The notes below the pieces were generated by a model. That model had not been told where the DNA came from. It made no database searches and saw only the letters and a list, made by a program, of their open reading frames with translations. The position numbers and the translations under genes are program-made. This document shows, in pieces, positions 49,401 through 62,996 of a DNA stretch of 64,000 bases (the stretch's first letter is position 1; every line of letters starts with the position of its first letter). Origin of the DNA: Botryllus schlosseri (lineage: Eukaryota); the NCBI GenBank assembly GCA_051294905.1, contig CM119372.1, positions 11,408,001-11,472,000 on the forward strand, written 5' to 3'.

Positions 49401-52359
49401 TGCGATAGCTATACTTACATAGCCTGCGATGTCGTTGTTTGTGGTCAGTGGTGTCACTCCTAGTGTTTTTACAATAGATTTATTGTATTATGAATTGACT
49501 TAGTGTCCAAGTGCATTTTCTTTCGAAATTTGGCAAGTGTAGTGTTTTTGTAAATATTTGTTAAATATTTGTAAATGAAGATGCTACTTTCATGAGCTTC
49601 GAATAATTTATGCCGGTGCTTGAAGAGATAGCAATTATTATCCGTCTAAACTTGCCCATTTAGCACAATAGTGACCAGTCCTACATGTATTGTAGAATGT
49701 GAAATTGCAACGGCTATCAGGGTGCAAAGAAAATGCTCTCTATTCCCGCTGCTGTTGTTATTCACATTTTGGGTCTCTTTATCAGGTACTTTACGTGGGT
49801 GCGTGTGTGTGTGTGTGGGGGGGGGGGTCCGTGCCATGAACCTCACCGCACATGTTGGATATATAGCAAGGTCAAACAGGGTGACTTCGAAATGTCTGCA
49901 AAACATTTTGCATTTGGAGTCGGAATAAATTAGTAAACAGTCGTTTGAAATAGAAATTCATGATTTTTTTCTAATCTGTCCTTGAAGAGCTTCTTGGAGG
50001 TACAGAACTTCAATATACAATTGAATAGTTTATACATATTGAAATGAACCCGAATATTTTCGGCTGACACTCGTCAGGGGTAATCGTCAGCAACTAGTAG
50101 AGAATTGGAAAGAACATTGTATATCAACATTCGTATCACAAAATGTGACGTCAACAGCATGAAATTTCGAATGAGGAGTTCGTGTACCACCTAAAAATAG
50201 TGCATTGAACGCTCTCATTCAACATTTCATGCTGGTGACGTCATATTTTGTGATACGATTGTTGATATACAATGTTCTTTCCAATTCTTCAATAGTTTCT
50301 GACGATTACCCCTGACGAGTGTGAGCTGAAAATATTCGGGTTCATTTCAATATGAATATACTATTCAATCTGTCCTTATGAATTGAAACCTCGCCACGAA
50401 ATCCATTTTCTTCTGTGCCATAACCACTAAATAACTTCAAGATGAGATGCCAGATGGAAATGGCTAGGCTGGACGTGATTATGTTCATTATAAAATCACA
50501 CAAAAAGCCGTCGTCGGAAGCATAACGTATTAATATCACATTCACCAACTCCTATCTTTGTGGAAATAGATTTTTAGCATTTGTTCATATCGAATGGAAG
50601 ACGCGGATTTTCAAGACAATAAATGCAGCGGCAAAATTCGCTTCGAAATGATAACCGTCTACCCAATTTCTACACATAGTGTGATGCTGTTTTCAAGAAA
50701 AGCCGTTTTTTGGCTGTTTATCATTAGCCTATAATTAATATTTGCACAAGACAGATGGCAGTTGCATGATAATCGAGATAATTTTTGAGGGGGTCCATGA
50801 CGGCGCAAAAGGGGTGACAAAAAGGTTGGGAACCACAGGCCTAGGCGATGTAAAGAGGCGGCATGCACACTGAATGAAAAGTAAAAGAAGGTAATATAAA
50901 AAAGTAAGCGAGGTGGAGTAAATGAGGTGGCATGTCACAGAAGTCGAGATCGATAGGTCAAGTCGTCAGAACGGACTAGTATCCATTTAGTCGAAATTAC
51001 TTGTATTTCAACTTGCTCAGATTTGTGTATTTAGGCTACATCTGAAAGCCGCAATTTGTTCAAAAAAAGCAGTGTATCATCTGGCGATTATACAGTTTAC
51101 AGCAAGGTTGGCCAACCTTTTCGGCCAAAGGGCAACATGAAATATACAAATCATTGCGCAGGCCACTTGAATGTTGATGATCGTTTTTTAGTTGTCCGAT
51201 GGGAGTGAGCAGACTATGTAACGATGAAAACTAAGCGTGTGCCTGTGTCCCAACAAATTTTTTAAAGTTAATAAAATCAGTGCGGCATATAATATTGTTA
51301 CTTGCATATATTGCAGGTAGCCTCTATATACGACTGAGCTCAGTTTGCAAGGACAGGACTATTCGGCACCTGGACATATCGAAGGTTTCGCCCAAATGTG
51401 CCTATCATTTTATGAAACGGTTTCACCACCGATTGCCTTTCTGCGAGCGCACACCCATGTTGAATGGCATGTTCTCTCATAATTGAGTATATAGTCAAAT
51501 TCAATACTGTATTTTGGGCTTATATCAAATTTTTCAGGAGGGGTACCAATATGAAAAGCAAGAAATCAGTGATAAATAATCATATTAAAATTGAATAAAT
51601 CTAATGCAAAATATTTTACTTTATGGTAATATATGAAGATATACGTAAAATGTGACTGGCCTCTAGTTATGCCAATGCGTCGGAACTGATATTTTACTCA
51701 TCAACATCCCAAATTTCGCAGCCAGACTACAATCAGACTTTTGGTTGGCCTTGCAAGTTCACAATAATTTACCTGGGTAATTCCTCGTGGGCCCCGGTTT
51801 GGCCCCTCTGGATTTCAGTGTTAAACTCAACAATGATATATGCACTTTGATTTGGCTTCATGATATTCCTTGCCAATTTTTGATTAATATATTTTCAATC
51901 ATGCTATTCCAGTATGCACTATGCACCTATACCATCATACAAGCTATAATAGATCACTGCGAACAACTAACAAGAACATATCTATTCCTATTACAACCTT
52001 GAACATGAACAGGAAAGTTTCAAGATCTTTTTAAGATGACCAAAAGTTTATGTTCTAGGTTCGAGTTCAACAAGAACTAATTCTAACTTTATGATTATTA
52101 TGGGGAGTTGGTTGTGTCATTTATTAAAAATATCGTCGAATGTGAAGAAACGGGACATCTGTTGATCCCGATAAGACAGGTATGTTTATCATAGGTACAA
52201 AGCAAAGATAGACATAGCAACGATGAGGCCTACTGACCTGTAGTAAAACAAGTGAGGAAGTAGGACATTCGTCAATGTCGATGCACTTGACCGCCAGCAG
52301 GGAATCGTCATCGTCGGAACGACAGCATAACACAATTCCATTTGAAAATGTACTTCGTG
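46449..52359 (-). CDS. STRADA: STE20-related kinase adaptor (STRAD) pseudokinase; exons 52359-52238, 48577-48469, 48407-48284, 48219-48048, 47983-47879, 47821-47743, 47506-47418, 46756-46600, 46534-46449; 5' end unresolved (~52430-52510)
   Basis: Spliced frame contains [10 protein letters not shown] (no catalytic Asp), [53 protein letters not shown] and a C-terminal WDF resembling the MO25-binding WEF motif. Confidence 0.92.
46797..47375. repeat. Inverted repeat (~180-bp arms, ~220-bp spacer) inside a STRAD intron
   Basis: 46797-46976 is the diverged reverse complement of 47198-47375. Confidence 0.85.
50018..50369. repeat. Inverted dimer of family B (~148-bp arms)
   Basis: 50018-50165 is the near-perfect reverse complement of 50224-50369. 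Confidence 0.85.
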
Positions 52360-52582
52360 CTGTGAATATTTTACAACAATTGCGCCAAGCTCATCAACCA
52401 AATTTAGACATTGCAGCACTCACCGATCATTTTTCCTACTAGAGAACCCGCGGCATTGAAGATGATAAAAGAGAATGAAATAAAATATTTCAGCCTTACT
52501 GCTGGTCATCGACCTCGTCTCTCATTTTTATCACGGAGACAATGACATCAGCCCATTCGCAGATAACACGATTGCGCGTCAG

Positions 52583-52851
52583 TGACGTCAATACGTTGAA
52601 GCGTATGTAAGCTGAGCTTGATCCTTGTATTGTACAGATCTGAGAAGGGTATTACAGTGACCGATGAGTCGTTTAAGAGCGAAGTGTTAGTAGAATTATA
52701 ATTCTAAACAGGAAAAGAAGTATTACGTACATGTATTGCGTAACGCATTGCATCACATCACGGTATTCCAAATCCCAAAATCACTCCGTAATATTCTGTA
52801 AAATGGCGTCTCACCGCTCTACGACTCTTTTGAGAGAACGCAATGACGTCA
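52583..52851. promoter_or_regulatory. Two full CRE palindromes (TGACGTCA, 52583-52590 and 52844-52851) in the divergent region between STRAD and the zinc-finger gene
   Basis: Exact motif matches in a CpG-richer stretch upstream of the STRAD 5' exons. Function untested. Confidence 0.3.
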
Positions 52852-54097
52852 TAACACAAAGAAACACAAGAGTGAATGAGCGTTGTTCATGACGATCCTT
52901 GCTTTGTGTAAATGTACTGTACAGAGTAGCAGCTGTATACAAAAACATATGCGATACAGCGATACCGCTACGTAGCTATGCTATGCAATATAATTTAATA
53001 CGTCGACATGCAACATAATAAACTATTGCCGATTCTAAAGAATCCATGGAGTATTTTTGTAAGAATGCGATATACTTTGAGCAGAATGATAACAATAAGT
53101 ACAATGGCTTCATTCCCTAACTGCAAGACTGCACATTTGAATTGAAACTTAGTTATGGCTCTGTCGCTAACAACAAGAAACCGTAAATTTGTAGTGACTA
53201 CCAGTTTTTGAGACTAGATAAAATGCATGAACCTGACGTAACTCCAGTTGTACGTCACTTTCGAGTACATTTCGAGCCCTGGTATATCTGTTCCGCTTAT
53301 TGAACATTTCTCGCGCCGAAGCTTGTTGATATCCTTCAACTCTTTTACGCTGTTGAGAGTGGACTCTCTTTGACGTTACGAATTGTGCCCTTGGGGAAGT
53401 GATGCTGGTCATTACGTAATTGAGGAGGGAAATACGTCAGAGCTAACAATGTTAATCGCGCCCATCCGTATGAAGTATGATCAGATGAGAGATTTCAGGC
53501 TGCTGGGTTATCAATGAATATTACTGCTTTATGTCGTCATCAATATCATTGAGTGGGACATCTATCGCAAGGTATTCTTCGATCACAAAGGCCGCATCTT
53601 TAACCTACTCACCAGTATTTTCAAAGGTTTGTGTCGCATTTTAATTATCCTTTCATTACCACACAAAGAAAATCGATGCATTCTGCTTAACGAGCCAAGG
53701 GAATTCAATTGGACCCGATTGTAATGTATTTGACCATTCATAATCTATGAGTATGTGAACAATACGTGAATAAATAGCAGTACCGGTAACAATAATAAAA
53801 ATATATACTGTTACAATTCCCACAACTGGTGCCTTAAAGTCCATATTTATATATTACTTAGTTATTACTTATTAGCCTGGCCCTAGATCAATCATACCCA
53901 AGTGACCACAATGCCTTCGTTCAAGTTCTGAAGATCACCATTTTTCGTACTTGTACGGTTGTCCAAATAAACTTTCAACTCTGTAATTTCTCATCTACCA
54001 TGTAGGCTCCTTATGCTGAACTAGACTGCAAGGCGTTCTGACCTTGAATAGCTGTAGTTTTCTCAATCAATATCGCATCCAATATCTATTTCCAGAA

Positions 54098-57000
54098 ATG
54101 CATGTTGGCATTATGGAGAATACCAACCGGTCACTTGATGGCTTTACGGGGCAAAAGATAAGTGAGTAAAAGTATAATGTTTAATATGATATTATACTCT
54201 GTGTATCTAGTTACTGACGTACTGTAAGCACAATCATAACATGTTACTTCACAAACAGTTCTTACTCGAATAAGGTTTGTTCTTGTGCAATATTTTTTTC
54301 TTCACCTCCACAGATGAGGCTCAAGCAAGAGCAGAAATTGCTGGTCGACAATCCAACTACATGACCAACATGATTCTTCCTGACATTGTGCAATCATCAA
54401 AAAATTTTCCCCTCGGACCTGATTGCGTTATCACGCGTGACGAAGTTCCTGATCAAAGCATTCTGTAAGTTTCGGTGGCTAGAAGTAGTGGACTTGTATG
54501 AATATTGAATCGCAATGCATGGGGTAACTTTCGGTCGGTAATAGTCTGGTCTTGTGCATATGTTTGGAAAGTTTATAGAACCACATGTACCATCATTCTT
54601 TTAATACTAATTGCCACATTGAAATTGGGATCGCCAACCAATATGATACTAACTCCTCCTAACTATTAGCCCCCAACAAGACGGCCGCCTGGAGCTTAGG
54701 GGGAAGATTCGCTATTGTGACCGCAAGTTTTGAATTGCATGGCTTCTCTCCTCATTCAAATGCCAATCTGTATTATAATCTTTGCTGAGGCGCCTTCACA
54801 TGTTTACTAGCTATCTCCGTCACATGCTTTGAATTAATTTAAAATATTCTCATGCAGGCTTGGCATGGATCTCTATTGGCTAATATCTCTCGAAAAAGGA
54901 TGTGTAGAATGCAGAGTTTCCATCCATGAATCGGGAGCTGGCAAGCAAGGTGTTTATTCCTAACCTACAACTTGTTGAATTTGTCAAGAAGATAACATCT
55001 TATGTAATTATATGAACAGCCGTGACGCAAGATCCCCGGGTTATCGTCACACGAAAACCCAGGCGCTTTGAAGCGTTTTGCTGTGCAGTGTGCCGGCAGA
55101 ATTTTGTTACTGTGGTCCAGGCACTGTTGCATATGAAAGCATTTCATAGGTATGTCATATCTTCTTTTACGGTGAGAATGACGCAGCCAAGCTGTATGTT
55201 TTTCATTTCCAGAAAAGGCAAGAAAATCTTAATACAGGATCAAAACGTGTTCCATGATATTGAGAAAGCGATGGAAGTACCCCCTGTACCTCTTCCGTGG
55301 TATGTTAGCAAACGTACAACAGAACCAATTACCACAACGGTATGTTATTCGTGATTGGTTTCCTTGCTGAGCACTTGATAGAACACCACGATCCGTTTCC
55401 TCCTCAGGCCCTACCATTTCCCGCATCCACTGAGATTCAAACTGCAGCGGCAAAACATGAAAATGCTGGCAGCGACGAGCAGGCTACTTCTGATGATGGT
55501 GATATCAATCCTGTAGCTTTACTACTACAAGCCGTTTTGAAGGAATACAAAAAGCCTGTCAAGTCGGTTCTTTTTGGTAATCACGTCCGTCATGTCACGA
55601 TTCAATTTGAAGATCAGACAACTTTAGTTGTTCATCTACCGGACATATCAAAAGAGGTCACAGAAGAACCAGGTCAGTTTGGTTCAATGTAATTTTACTT
55701 CGAAATTGGGGGACATGTGATCAGTAAATAATAATGGTAATCTGTTCATACTGTATTCGACTACTGCTCTATTTTCAACCCGGTTGTGATGTGTAATTAT
55801 GCTCAATCCACAATCGCTTTACATTGTGTCTGATAGTTTGTGACTGCAGAATGAGTGTTTCTCAATGTCAGTTATGCTGGTTCATAAGCACCAAGTTCTG
55901 AACGCACTTAGTAACGTAGCCAGGGGGGCGAATTTTTTTTTCTTCCACATTATGACGTTCTTCGTTTTCGCTATGTCACAATGGATATTTGTGGCGTAAT
56001 GTTATTCTTCTAAATATTCGCCTTTTCTAAATTTTCATATTTTCTGCGCCTATTAACACTATCGTATTAATTCTGTTCATATAGATTCGTCAGACACACT
56101 CGAGTTCAAGATTCAAAGATTAAAAGCCGAAAGCGATATGCAAGAGTGTATGCTTCACGCAAACAACCCCTCTCTTGCTCAAAAGCTTTTGGTTATCGCC
56201 ATTAAAAAAGGCGTCACTGGTGGTTCCGTGTCCTCCACACCTTTGCAAACCGGTGAGAAACGATTCCGATGCTTTTCACTTTCGTCTTTTCTCACATTTG
56301 ATTGTATTTAGATGAAAACAAGCAGAATCAGCTTGAGAAGACTGAAAAACCTTCAGGTATTGATTCACACTTTTATTTATTGTCTCAACCGTAGAGACAG
56401 AAATTTCTCATTAACTATCCCATGCCATCAAATTGATGTGTCGCAAGTTCACCGGTAATGACGTTAAGTAGTGCCGTGTCGCTCTGTCATGAGGTCGCTG
56501 GCTGGTTGGCCGCACAATTACCAACTCCCCAATATCAGTGCGTTCTGCAAATTCTCCACAGATCAACAACCTATTAAAAGGGACAGCCGTGGTCGTCCCA
56601 GCAAAACGGTACGATTCATGCTCGGGGCGCCAGACAGCGACGAGGACGGGAGTAGTAGCGCCAGCGAGAGAATCGGTTAGTGTGTGCCGTCTTGTTTGAA
56701 GCCATGCGTTCACATCTTGACCTTGTCCGTTGTTTTTGCAGGAGGCCGCGACAGCGCGTCACCTCTGGCTTCGCAAAGCGAAGCTACTCCTCAGACTGAA
56801 ACGAAAACTCCCGAGGTGTCGTCAGGTACTTCCCGCTTACAGATTTTAGTCGGGAGTATCTGACCTCGCGTTGCTAGATAGTAATTGATAGTCAGAGGTG
56901 GCCGTAAATTTTCACTCAATTGCTTCTTGGATGTACAGAACTTCAGTATGCGATTGAAAATTACATTCATATTGAAATGAACTCGGATATTTTCAGCTGA

Positions 57001-60000
57001 CATTAGTTGCTGACTATGACCCCTGAGGAGTGTCAGTCAAAAATATTTGGATTCAATTCAATATGAATATGCTTTTCAATTGTCAATTGCAAGTAGAGTT
57101 AGCTATTTCTATGACGTGTCAAAACTACTTCAAGCGAGAGTGAATAATTTTGGTACTCAAAGTGAGTCGTTTCAAAAGTAGATTTTGGCAGGGGTCGCAT
57201 TCTTTCACCGTATTAATAGGAGGTGGTTACTTTCGAAATTGCGATATGTGTGACAGACGCAAATTGACTAATTGCGCTACAAATCGGTGCAATTTTTGAA
57301 AATACATACGGTTCAAAGTGAAACACTGGCTATTCCGTCAAGTTGGCACGGCAATATCACTAGTAAAAGTGATGCAAACATACCCGAAAACCATTACTGC
57401 CTTATAAAATGAAAAGTTTAAAAACCAAGTAGTGTGCCTTAAAATTTTTGAAAAAGTGGAAGTAGTCAACAAACATAGTCACATGATTAGGTAGTAGAAG
57501 TAGGCTAAACCGACTGACTCCTATGAAAAGTAGAAGTACTTTGTTACTGACATGCTATGTCGAAATTTCATTTTGGTCAGTTCGCCAATGCGTTGTTTTT
57601 TCCTTAACAGATGACAAAAGTGCCAAAGACGATGAAGGTATTAAAATAGAGTGCTTCCTAGAACCAAATAGAGCTTTTGAATTGAATCTAAAGTCTTGTG
57701 TGCTGCTGTCTTGCTGTTCATTCATATCAAGTATTATTACCGGTGGAATAACGAACTTGCTCTCTCCCAAAATTTTATCTTACATTTTTTCGATATCTTT
57801 TGGCATTGCGATGTCGTGTTGAATACATGAGGTATATTCATTCCATTGAAATTCATACCGACAACAATACTTGTCCTATGAAAATCATTGTACATCTCAG
57901 AACCCATCTGTGGTTTTGCATTGCACTGACGTATAATTTAATTACATACCATTTCCAGGTTTGAAAGGGGTAGTCAGCCAGCTCATTTCCACGGCGTCGA
58001 AAGGAGTGTAAGGATATTATATCGACTCGAGCACGTTCAAGCTCTAATGCTTTGGCTACATTTCAGAATTCCTGCCGTGCCGTCTGTGCCAACGTCAGTG
58101 TTAGCCACGAGTATCCAGGAAGAGGTTATTACCAATGCAGCCTTCCACGCTCGTTTCATGCCGAAGAACCTCTCTGTTCCAAACCTCCCGAGCATATCGA
58201 TAGCCGGGAGCGACGGATTGAAGTCGTCAATAGTACCCAATTCTTCTAACGTTTCTACGGGGTTGATTCGCGTCCAGGTATTATGTGCGCTTGAGTGTTG
58301 AGATTTCTTACCTTTGCACGTTGATCAATAACTGTACTGCGGTCGTTTTCAATGCGATTGCTTCGAGGACATGTATGTCGTTCAAAGCGGTCGCCGTGCT
58401 GTGACTAATAAGTTCAGGCACCACTGAACTCTGCGTGCTGAGGTACTTAGGAGGGCTGGTGTGACTTCTTTAGTATTGTGGGAATTTTCAATGCTCGGGA
58501 TCTGTCGATGTTTTTCACCCGATTGTCCTATCCCGGTTGTATACACGATTTGTTTGTTGGCACAGCGTATTGTTGAAATAATTCATTCATTCTCTGAGGC
58601 GTTCAGAGTAGTCATCGTTGGTACTCAAGTAGAAGTAATGTCATGAATTGCTGCCCAGTACAAATACATGGAGCGATTTCCATGTATGTAAAAGGTATAA
58701 GTATTCTATGCCTAGTTTTGCTTGTTTTGTAAATGTAGGAACATTCTAAAATCACAACCACTTGAGGAAGCAGTGCAATTAGGCAAATATATTGACTTGA
58801 GAACTCCAAAAATTTGGAAGTACTTCATAGCTGACCGCCTCTGTCAAGTCTTAACTGGGGTGTCGTGTTAGTGATTCATAGATGCTCCGTCTGTTGTTTT
58901 TTCTTTTTCTATCTCCAGCTGCGTTGATACGTTGATAAATGCGCCTACTTGAGACGAAAATTCGAACTTGAAAAACATGCCTTCACGATCACATTGCAGT
59001 CGTGGGGCGGGTTGGACCCAAACAACAGAACAAGTCTCGGCCCTTACACTCCGCACGTGCCGCTGAATATTGCGCGAGAGGACCTGCGACGCTCGTTTGC
59101 CGCCGGCAGAAGTTTTACGTACGCGGAGAAAATCAAGCTGATGAACAAGTTGAACGATGAAGACGCTCTCATCACGCGGGAACACGTAAAAGGCGCAGGT
59201 ACGCTCAATGATTACTAGGATGGGCAAAATTTGAATAGCTGCCATTCTATATATAGTATTATTCGATTATCAATCATTACGCCATCATATGAGCAATGAG
59301 CATGGAGGATTCGGAAAGTTTAAATATGTCCCTCTTGTGCCACCAAAAACAAAATAATGCCGGTTCTACGCTACATTGCAGATGACTTCGTATATTTGCG
59401 ACCATGCCTATTTCATTGCACTTTGTAACAGTTGGTTACTGTGACTTGATCACGACGGCGTAGAAATTATTTTAACAAACATGCGTAGAATGTGCATTGT
59501 TTTACATGTTCTGTATGCTGTGATACTAACCATCAAGGTTTCTACAGTGGGAAAAGGCGCTGAAACTATAATTTTCCTTGATACATTTGTTTACTCTTAT
59601 TGGAAGGGGGGCGTATGCAGGCGCGTAGCCTGCTGAGGCAAAGGAGGAAGAGGTGAAAAAGGGGGGGGTATTTTGAAAACAGGCGATGTTCTAAATTGTG
59701 ATAGATTAATCTTGTTGAACAAATGCCAATACAACAAGGGTTAGATAATCATGCTCGTGTTAATGTCTCTATATCCATAAACATATTCCAGTTACAGTAT
59801 ATCAGTACCCGACGTGAAAATATCTGAAAGGCGGTCGTTTTTTTGTTCTTTTCCTGCGCACAGCAATCACGTACGCCTTTTTGTTTTGCATCCAGGCAAG
59901 CTGATCGGTGGCGAAAGCTCGAAAGGGCATATCCCGTCGGTCGCCTCGTTACCGACCTTTAACCCGTCCGTCATGTCGGACAAGCCTCTGTCTGCCACTG

Positions 60001-62996
60001 TAACGGCAGCGACTGGCAAGATGACAAAATCCGAGTCGGACCTCGGGGTGAAGATCTTTCCCGGTTCGGAGAGCAGCAGGAGAAAGAGGAGGAGCAAATA
60101 CGACATCGATCAATTTACCAAGTTTGGTATGGGCTTGCGTGCTTTTAAACTCGCCGGTAGGGCTGGACGAAATCGAGTATCTGGCAGATAGGATTCCGAG
60201 TCACGTATATAGCCGTTAGAAACTGTAAATTTGTTGTAAAAATATTACTTTTGGTGTAATGGCGTGTATTCACCCAAAAGAATCAACTCTTGCTACGTGA
60301 ATCGAATCATAGCAATTGATACTCGGTTGGTGAGATAGTGTTGTGATAGTGATTTCAAGTTCGGCTGAAGTTGACTCCAGAATTCCTAGCTGTGTGTTGC
60401 TATTTAGGCTTTTTGCCAGTTGATCCAATTGCAAGTTGTAAGCGGTATCTTACAAAAGTCTCGTGTGAAAAATAGTAGGCTGTGCTGGAAGTCGGCAGCT
60501 CTGGAATTGTAAGAATTGGTATCGGCGGTCCTTATATGATTCGCCATTGATGCCGAAACAACAACCACATTTTATATGCGGCTCGTATTTATGACTCAAA
60601 TGATTTTGCCCAAACTTACACATCGATCGATTTCGTGACGATTTTTGAAATATGATTCGTTATTAATGTATATCTGCTCTGAAGCGAGTTGAAGACAATC
60701 TTCATTCTCAGGCACAACTCGCCATTTGCCGGCTGTTTCTCCGAGAGAAACCTTCAGGACCGGCTCAGACGGGTCGATATCGGACAAAGACGAGATGGAG
60801 GACAACCCGCCGACTCTGGTCGGTCTGCTAAGGAACAGGGCCGCTTTGCTGGCCGGTCGAACCGTCCCGGGCGTGACTCCGGCAGTAATGTCGGACTCCG
60901 ACTACTACGGATCGGGTGAATGGGCGAACGCAGCCATGTCGACACTGCGGCAGCTTCAGTCGGCGATGAATTCCGTGAAAGTAAGTGCCTCAAATTTCAG
61001 ACTCGGTCTAAAGGTGGTCTATGCAATCGTGCACTTCTCTTGTATATCTGCTCCATATTTTCTTGTGTTTTGTGCGATCGTCGCTACAACGGAATGCGCA
61101 GTGTCTCAAGTAGTGGCGGTTATTCATTTCGCTGACGGTAATAAAGTAGACTTGCCCAGTTGACGCAATTCTTAATTTTGCTTCCGAAACCGCTAGTAGG
61201 AGCAGGCTAGAAACGACGAAGCTGAAGTCGGAGTTAAATTTTCTCTTGGTGGATTCGGAATTTAATGAAATTTTGTAACGCCCTTTGGAGTCGGAGTTGA
61301 GGAAACGCATTCAGGCTGGAGTCGATGTCTGTGCTTGTTAAAAATGCTCAGACTCCAACTGCTATCAATGTTGCAAAACAACATTCACAAACTTAATTTC
61401 TTTCTGCGAGCACGACATTTTGTTTAATAATCGTGGCGAAGAGAGTGCTTAAGTTCAATGTACTATATTCAGACGGTACACGATCTCATTCGGTTGGCAC
61501 AGACTTGGTTGGCGAATTTTGATAAAAGTCGAATCCAAGACAGTTGTAGTTCTGTAAAGATATCACTATTCAGTTTCCAGTTGGATTTGGTGGTAAAGTG
61601 ACCCGATTCCGCAGCCCTGGTTCAAAATTACATGAGTATTTAAAAAAGCCAGAATGCTCTGTTACTCCCTCTTTTTTGTCGGGATCCGAATCGCGTAATA
61701 ACTCGGCCAGGCGGTCCGCAACATAATCCTTACCGTGACCCACATTATTCCGCAGGGTAATGACGAGTCGACCACCGCGCCCGGCCCACGGTTGTTGATG
61801 GAAAACGTGTCTGCCCTGGCGGGTCACGCTGCCCCAGCAGACAGTTCGGCCACACCGCCGCCATTCGTGTCCTTGTCGTCGGAAGGTCCGGTCGACAGTA
61901 TCGTGGCTCTGGCACAGCAAATTACCTCCGAGCGAGCTCACTTGAAACACTTGAAAAATCCCGGGGCGTCTGCATCCCAGTCCAAGAGGCCGCGGTCGCC
62001 GCACGGCGACGAAGCCGACAGAGACACGTTCGAAGCGGTGTCCAGCAGCACGTCTGGCGAGGAGCCGCAGGCGAAGAGATTGAAATCAACGAGCGAACGA
62101 ACTCCGAAGCCGGACTCTAATTTGAAAAGGTGTGTTCGTCGTACGAAGCACGTCGGATTGATTTTTCGTTTGAATCTCTGTCTATGTCGGGGGTGCTTAC
62201 ACTGTTCACTGGTTATTGGGTGGTTGCGTTTCTTGAACCCCTGAATCTTATTGTAGTTACGCAAAATTCTGAAGAGCTTCTCGGACGCAGAGAATTTCAA
62301 TATGCAATTGAACAGTCTAATCGTATTAAAATGAACCCGGATATTTTCGGCTGACGCCCGTCAGGGGTAATGATCAGCAACAAGTAGAGAATTGGAAGGA
62401 ACATTGTATATCAACAATCGTACCACCGAATATGACGTCACCATCATGAAATTTCGAATAATTGGGGCGTAGAGAGCGCTAAATCACAGACATAAGATAA
62501 GATACTGTGATTCCGCAGCGACGATATGGACTAAATGAAGAGCCACCTGATGGCTAGAAAAGTGGTAACACTTCCACCCAGCCTTCGTCACGGCTCGCGG
62601 TCCATCATTTATTCATTATTTCCAAAATACGGACAGATCTAGAGGACAGTGTAGTTTTGTAGGTCTCGTTTCCACATTGCCGTTCCCCAGTTTGTATGCT
62701 CGTGCTGATAACTCTTGATATGGGGCAGAGGAAAAATCGATCAGCAAAATAAATTATTCTGCAACGAATCCAGTATCAGAAGCCATAATCGGGTGTAAGT
62801 TTTTCCATTATTTACCACCCGCGTCTTTTTCTATCGCAGGCCAGCAATCACCAGCACGACCCAACCGCCGCACGTGATAGCCGAACCAGGCGACGGCCTG
62901 CTATTTACCGAGAGGGTCACAGAGGCGTCGTTGCAAGACAGTAACAAGATCATCCTGAAGTTTTCCAAATCGGGGAGTTCCGACGGTGACCAAAGC
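54098..62996 (+). CDS. Large multi-exon protein with one C2H2 finger (55082-55147) and long Ser/Pro-rich low-complexity regions; probably continues further right
   Basis: Phase-compatible exon chain: MHVGIMENT...; EAQARAE...DQSIL; LGMDLYW...; FCCAVCRQNFVTVVQALLHMKAFH; then exons near 55.2, 55.4, 56.1, 56.3, 56.5, 56.7, 57.6, 58.1, 59.0, 59.9, 60.7, 61.8 and 62.8 kb. No family recognised, and some junctions are uncertain. Confidence 0.65.

Noticed and set aside
53500-53844. Overlapping open frames on both strands (MDFKAPVVGIV... minus; ...IEWDIYRKVFFDHKG... plus)
   Set aside because: Cannot decide strand; multiple stops and no consistent splice path to either neighbouring gene.
58868-62300. 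Long minus-strand ORFs opposite the zinc-finger gene
   Set aside because: Antisense shadows of GC-richer coding exons.
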